A DNA stretch of 48,973 nt from a virus. Its lineage: Duplodnaviria > Caudoviricetes. The number at the start of each line of letters is the position of its first letter. Position 1 is the first letter of the stretch. Position numbers and translations under genes: made by a program. Below, piece after piece: positions 45,686 to 48,973 of this stretch. Where the stretch lies: the IMG/VR virus record IMGVR_UViG_3300025875_000774, positions 1-48,973 of that record; one strand, 5' to 3'. Below the pieces are notes generated by a model, which made no database searches, had not been told where the DNA came from, and worked only from the letters and a program-made list of their open reading frames with translations.

Positions 45686-47899
45686 GTGGCACTGACCTAC
45701 GGCGACAGCAGCGCCGACTTCACCTCCGACACCACCGGGCGGCTGCGCCCCGGGGTGCCCGTGTGGTTCTGGCGCACCCGCACCGGCGGCGAGCAGTACA
45801 CCGGCGTCCTCGCCGCCCTGGCCGGGATGCTGAACGGTGACGGGTCCGCGGTCTCCAGTGCGGGCGTCGGGTCCCTCGCCGTCCAGGTCCCGGACGACTT
45901 CACAGGCGAGCTGTACGTCTCGGCGGTCATCCGCAATGACGACGGAACCGTGGACACTGCGGCCACCGCGGCGGGGCCGCGTGTGCGCCTCGTCCCCCCG
46001 GCCGGGGCAGGCGGCGGCGGGACCGTGGACACGTCGGGCCTGGCGACCGACGCCGAGCTCGCCGCCCTGGCGACCGACGTCGCCGACCGCGCCCTTCAGG
46101 CCGACCTCATCGCCCTGGCGACCTCCGCCGAGGGCAAGACCACGCCCGAGCAGGTCCAGGACATCGTCGCGGCGATGGTCGTGGCGGGCGCGAACGTCAC
46201 GAAGTCCTACGACGACGCCACCGGCACCCTCACCATCACCGCCGTGGGCGGGGGGACCACCGACCCCGAGGTCGTCCGCGACGCCATCGGCGGGGCCCTC
46301 GTCGCAGGGGCCGGCATCAACATCAACTACAACGACGCCGCCGACACCATCACCATCACCGCCACAGGGCCAGATGCCACGACCCTGGCCTCCGACCCGG
46401 CATTCACCACCGCGTACGCGCCCGCTGGGGACTACGCCGCCGCCGCGGACCTGATCGGCGTCGAGGTCGACCCGGACAACCCTGGCGTCGTCCGGTTCGT
46501 GCCGGGCGCCGGCGCCGGCGCAGGCCTCGGCGGGGGCGGCGGCGGCAGCAGCAACCCGGCGACGCTGACCGCGAACACCTACACGGGCGACCACGTCCTC
46601 GAGGTGGGCGACCTGGCCCGCCTCATCGTCATGGACGGGAGCGGCGATTCGGCGGTCCTCGTCCCCCACGACGCAGCAGCAGCCCTGCCCGTCGGCGCGG
46701 AGATCCCCCTGCTGCGCACTGGCGCCGGATCTGTGCGCGTCGCCCCGGAGAAGATCAACCTTCACCCCAACGGGGCTGTGGCCACCACGCTCGCGCCCTT
46801 CACCGCCCGCAACGGCACCATCACCCGAGTCACCGGCGCAGCCCCCGGCGGCGGGGCCGTGGCCCGCGCGACCTCCACCGGCTCCAGCGGCTCCTTCGGC
46901 GTGTTCGCCGGGACGATCGCCCTCGCCGGGACCGGCCTGGGCATCGGCGACAAGGTCAGCGCCCGCCTCGGCGTCAACGGGCAGGTCCCCACCCGCCTGG
47001 CCCTGCGCTTTCAGCGCGACACCACCACCATCACCCAGGCGTTCAGCACCTACGTCACCGGAGCCGGAGTCGCCCGTGTCGACGGCGCGGTCATCCCCGC
47101 CGGGACCACCGGCATCCTGATCTTCACCGAGGGCACCGCCACTGCCACGGGGCAGACCATCGACCACTACGGCCTGACCGTCACCCCCGGCTCCACCAGC
47201 CTGACCGACCACTTCGACGGCGACTCCGCCGACGGGGAGTGGGCCGGTGACCCCGGGGCCTCCGCCAGCTACTCCGCCGTCCTCGCGGGGGGCACCCCGG
47301 CACTCGCCCGCTACCAGCGGGCGACGCTGCGCAAGGTCGCCGCAGGGTCATGGGTCCTGGCCAACACCGCACCCACGGACGTCGTGCGCACGTCCGACAC
47401 CCTCACCTTCGACCGCGACAACGGCCAGAACGGGATGGTTGCCCCCTCAGCGGGCTACGCCGGCCCCGCAACTCTGCCCCTGACGTCCGGGCGGACCCTG
47501 CTGGCCAGGGTGGCGCCCTCGCGGGCGATGTCGGTGTCCTCGATCGCGTTCCGCGTCACCACCGCCTCCGCGACGTCCGACCCCGTCTCCGTCGCCCTGT
47601 TCAGCGCGGACGGCGTGCGCCTGTCCACTTCCGGGGCGGTCACCCCCGGTGTGAACACCACTGGCACGAAGGTCGTCGCACTGCTCCCCGTGGTCCTGGC
47701 CCCGGGCAGCGTCTACTACGCAGCCCTGTCCTCGGCGTCCACCGCGACGATCCAAGGCACCGAGGTCGTCGCCGACGCCTTCGGAACCGCCCTGCCCGCC
47801 CTGGAGAGCGGCTACGTCGCTGCTCACCCCGTCGGCGCCACCATCACCACCCCCACCCCGACGGACGTGGCACCGCTGCTGTTCCTGCGGGAGGCATAA
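45686..47899 (+). CDS. Tail fiber/spike-like protein
   Basis: GGAGG RBS; two AG.N....Y.D...T.TI repeats; Gly linkers; Thr/Ala-rich. Confidence 0.65.
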   Translation: MALTYGDSSADFTSDTTGRLRPGVPVWFWRTRTGGEQYTGVLAALAGMLNGDGSAVSSAGVGSLAVQVPDDFTGELYVSAVIRNDDGTVDTAATAAGPRVRLVPPAGAGGGGTVDTSGLATDAELAALATDVADRALQADLIALATSAEGKTTPEQVQDIVAAMVVAGANVTKSYDDATGTLTITAVGGGTTDPEVVRDAIGGALVAGAGININYNDAADTITITATGPDATTLASDPAFTTAYAPAGDYAAAADLIGVEVDPDNPGVVRFVPGAGAGAGLGGGGGGSSNPATLTANTYTGDHVLEVGDLARLIVMDGSGDSAVLVPHDAAAALPVGAEIPLLRTGAGSVRVAPEKINLHPNGAVATTLAPFTARNGTITRVTGAAPGGGAVARATSTGSSGSFGVFAGTIALAGTGLGIGDKVSARLGVNGQVPTRLALRFQRDTTTITQAFSTYVTGAGVARVDGAVIPAGTTGILIFTEGTATATGQTIDHYGLTVTPGSTSLTDHFDGDSADGEWAGDPGASASYSAVLAGGTPALARYQRATLRKVAAGSWVLANTAPTDVVRTSDTLTFDRDNGQNGMVAPSAGYAGPATLPLTSGRTLLARVAPSRAMSVSSIAFRVTTASATSDPVSVALFSADGVRLSTSGAVTPGVNTTGTKVVALLPVVLAPGSVYYAALSSASTATIQGTEVVADAFGTALPALESGYVAAHPVGATITTPTPTDVAPLLFLREA

Positions 47900-48973
47900 G
47901 TGGTCTCCACCATCGTGCGGGCCGCCCGCTCGGGCACCCCCGCCACCACGCCCCTGGCCTGGGCGCCACCAGCGCTGTCCAGTCCCACGACCATCACCGT
48001 GACCGACGACCCCACCACCCGCCGGGTCAACCTCGGCGCCGACCAGGACGCCGTCATCGTCCTGCCCTCAGCGCCGATCACCGAGATCGCCACCCGCCTC
48101 GGCACCGACGTCACCGACGCCATGGTCCACGTCACCGGCGGCCGGCACGTCGCGGTCATCGGTGGCCACTTCCGGCCCCACCAGAGCCCGCCCAGCTACG
48201 TGACGCAGACCGCGTTCTCCGCCGACACCACCATCCGCGTCGACACCACCGCAGGCTTCCCGGAGGTCGGCGAGCTCCGCATCGACGGCGAGGCCGTGCG
48301 CTACACCGGCCTGACCGCGACGTCGTTCACCGGCTGCACCCGCAACGCCGGCTTCTTCAACAACTCCGCCGTCTCCACCCTCACCCACGCCCCCGGCGCC
48401 CGCGTCTACCTCGGGGAGTACGCCCGCAGCGGGCTGTCGTTCTTCGACCAGACCGGCACCATCCACGTCGAGGGCGTCCTCTTCGACGGGTTCCTCGGCG
48501 ACGGCATCCGCGCCCTGGGCAAAGCCACCACCGTCCTGCAGGTCCAGAACTGCCGCATCGGCCCGGCCGTCGCCCACGACCGCTCCTACCAGACCGACGC
48601 CCACCCCGACTGCATCCAGATCCTCGGCACCCTCGCCGAGCTGCGCATGCACCGCGTCACGATGATGAGCCGCGACGGAGCGTGCCTGCTCAATCAGGGC
48701 ACCGACGGCGGCCAGGCGCTGCCCAAGGCAGTCCTGCGCGACGTGCTGGCCATCGCCGAGGAGGGCAACAACCGCGGCCTCTTCGTCGACCGGAACCCCG
48801 GCTCAACCATCTGGGACACGTACAACACGTGGGCCTCCCCGTATGGCACCGGTGAAGGGTTCCCGTCGTTCCTGACGGGCCGGATCTACAACCAGCCCCG
48901 CCCGCCCGAGCGCGCCCAGCCCTGCCCGCCCGGCGTCGCCGGCACCGGCTACCGCAGTCCCGGCTACCTGTGA
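47900..48973 (+). CDS. Probable beta-helix protein, paralog of 41586-42926
   Basis: Shared motifs GGR....GGH, IH.EG.L..G, H.D..Q, terminal GY.SPGY. Confidence 0.65.
   Translation: MVSTIVRAARSGTPATTPLAWAPPALSSPTTITVTDDPTTRRVNLGADQDAVIVLPSAPITEIATRLGTDVTDAMVHVTGGRHVAVIGGHFRPHQSPPSYVTQTAFSADTTIRVDTTAGFPEVGELRIDGEAVRYTGLTATSFTGCTRNAGFFNNSAVSTLTHAPGARVYLGEYARSGLSFFDQTGTIHVEGVLFDGFLGDGIRALGKATTVLQVQNCRIGPAVAHDRSYQTDAHPDCIQILGTLAELRMHRVTMMSRDGACLLNQGTDGGQALPKAVLRDVLAIAEEGNNRGLFVDRNPGSTIWDTYNTWASPYGTGEGFPSFLTGRIYNQPRPPERAQPCPPGVAGTGYRSPGYL

Larger units (their letters stand above)
1..48973. mobile_element. Temperate actinobacterial siphovirus / prophage (ends not visible)
   Basis: Integrase-immunity-replication-packaging-head-tail-lysis gene order across the window; tape measure and tail chaperone present, no sheath gene seen. 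Confidence 0.95.

Noticed and set aside
41586-48973. Diversity-generating retroelement or invertible tail locus
   Set aside because: No reverse transcriptase or invertase seen; paralogs share only protein motifs, not near-identical DNA repeats

Overview
A near-complete, very GC-rich actinobacterial temperate siphovirus (prophage). Gene order: tyrosine integrase; ImmA-like protease, repressor and Cro-like switch with visible operators; early genes (excisionase, GIY-YIG, DnaQ-like, Cas4-like, SSB, resolvase, primase-polymerase/helicase); a long run of small coupled accessory genes (including an RHH cassette, a SpoT/Mesh1-like HD hydrolase and a BldC-like HTH); HNH/terminase/portal/head/tail; lysis; and an 8-kb post-lysis block of large putative virion appendage or enzyme genes, including a PhoD-domain chimera. 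The most striking item is a 2,679-bp IS481-family element (24193-26871; 25-bp terminal inverted repeats, CCTAGT target duplication) inserted at the stop codon of the MuF-like head gene. It carries its own divergently transcribed operon of five small genes (three Cys/His-rich) plus an HTH regulator. Other notable signals: a candidate gene nested out of frame in the primase-helicase linker, iteron-like repeats at the end of that gene, a hairpin-rich region with ACCA-ended helices before the packaging genes, and 12-bp-repeat-delimited mini-cassettes inside one accessory gene. att sites were not identified. All product calls come from motif recognition and synteny by eye; no database searches were run.
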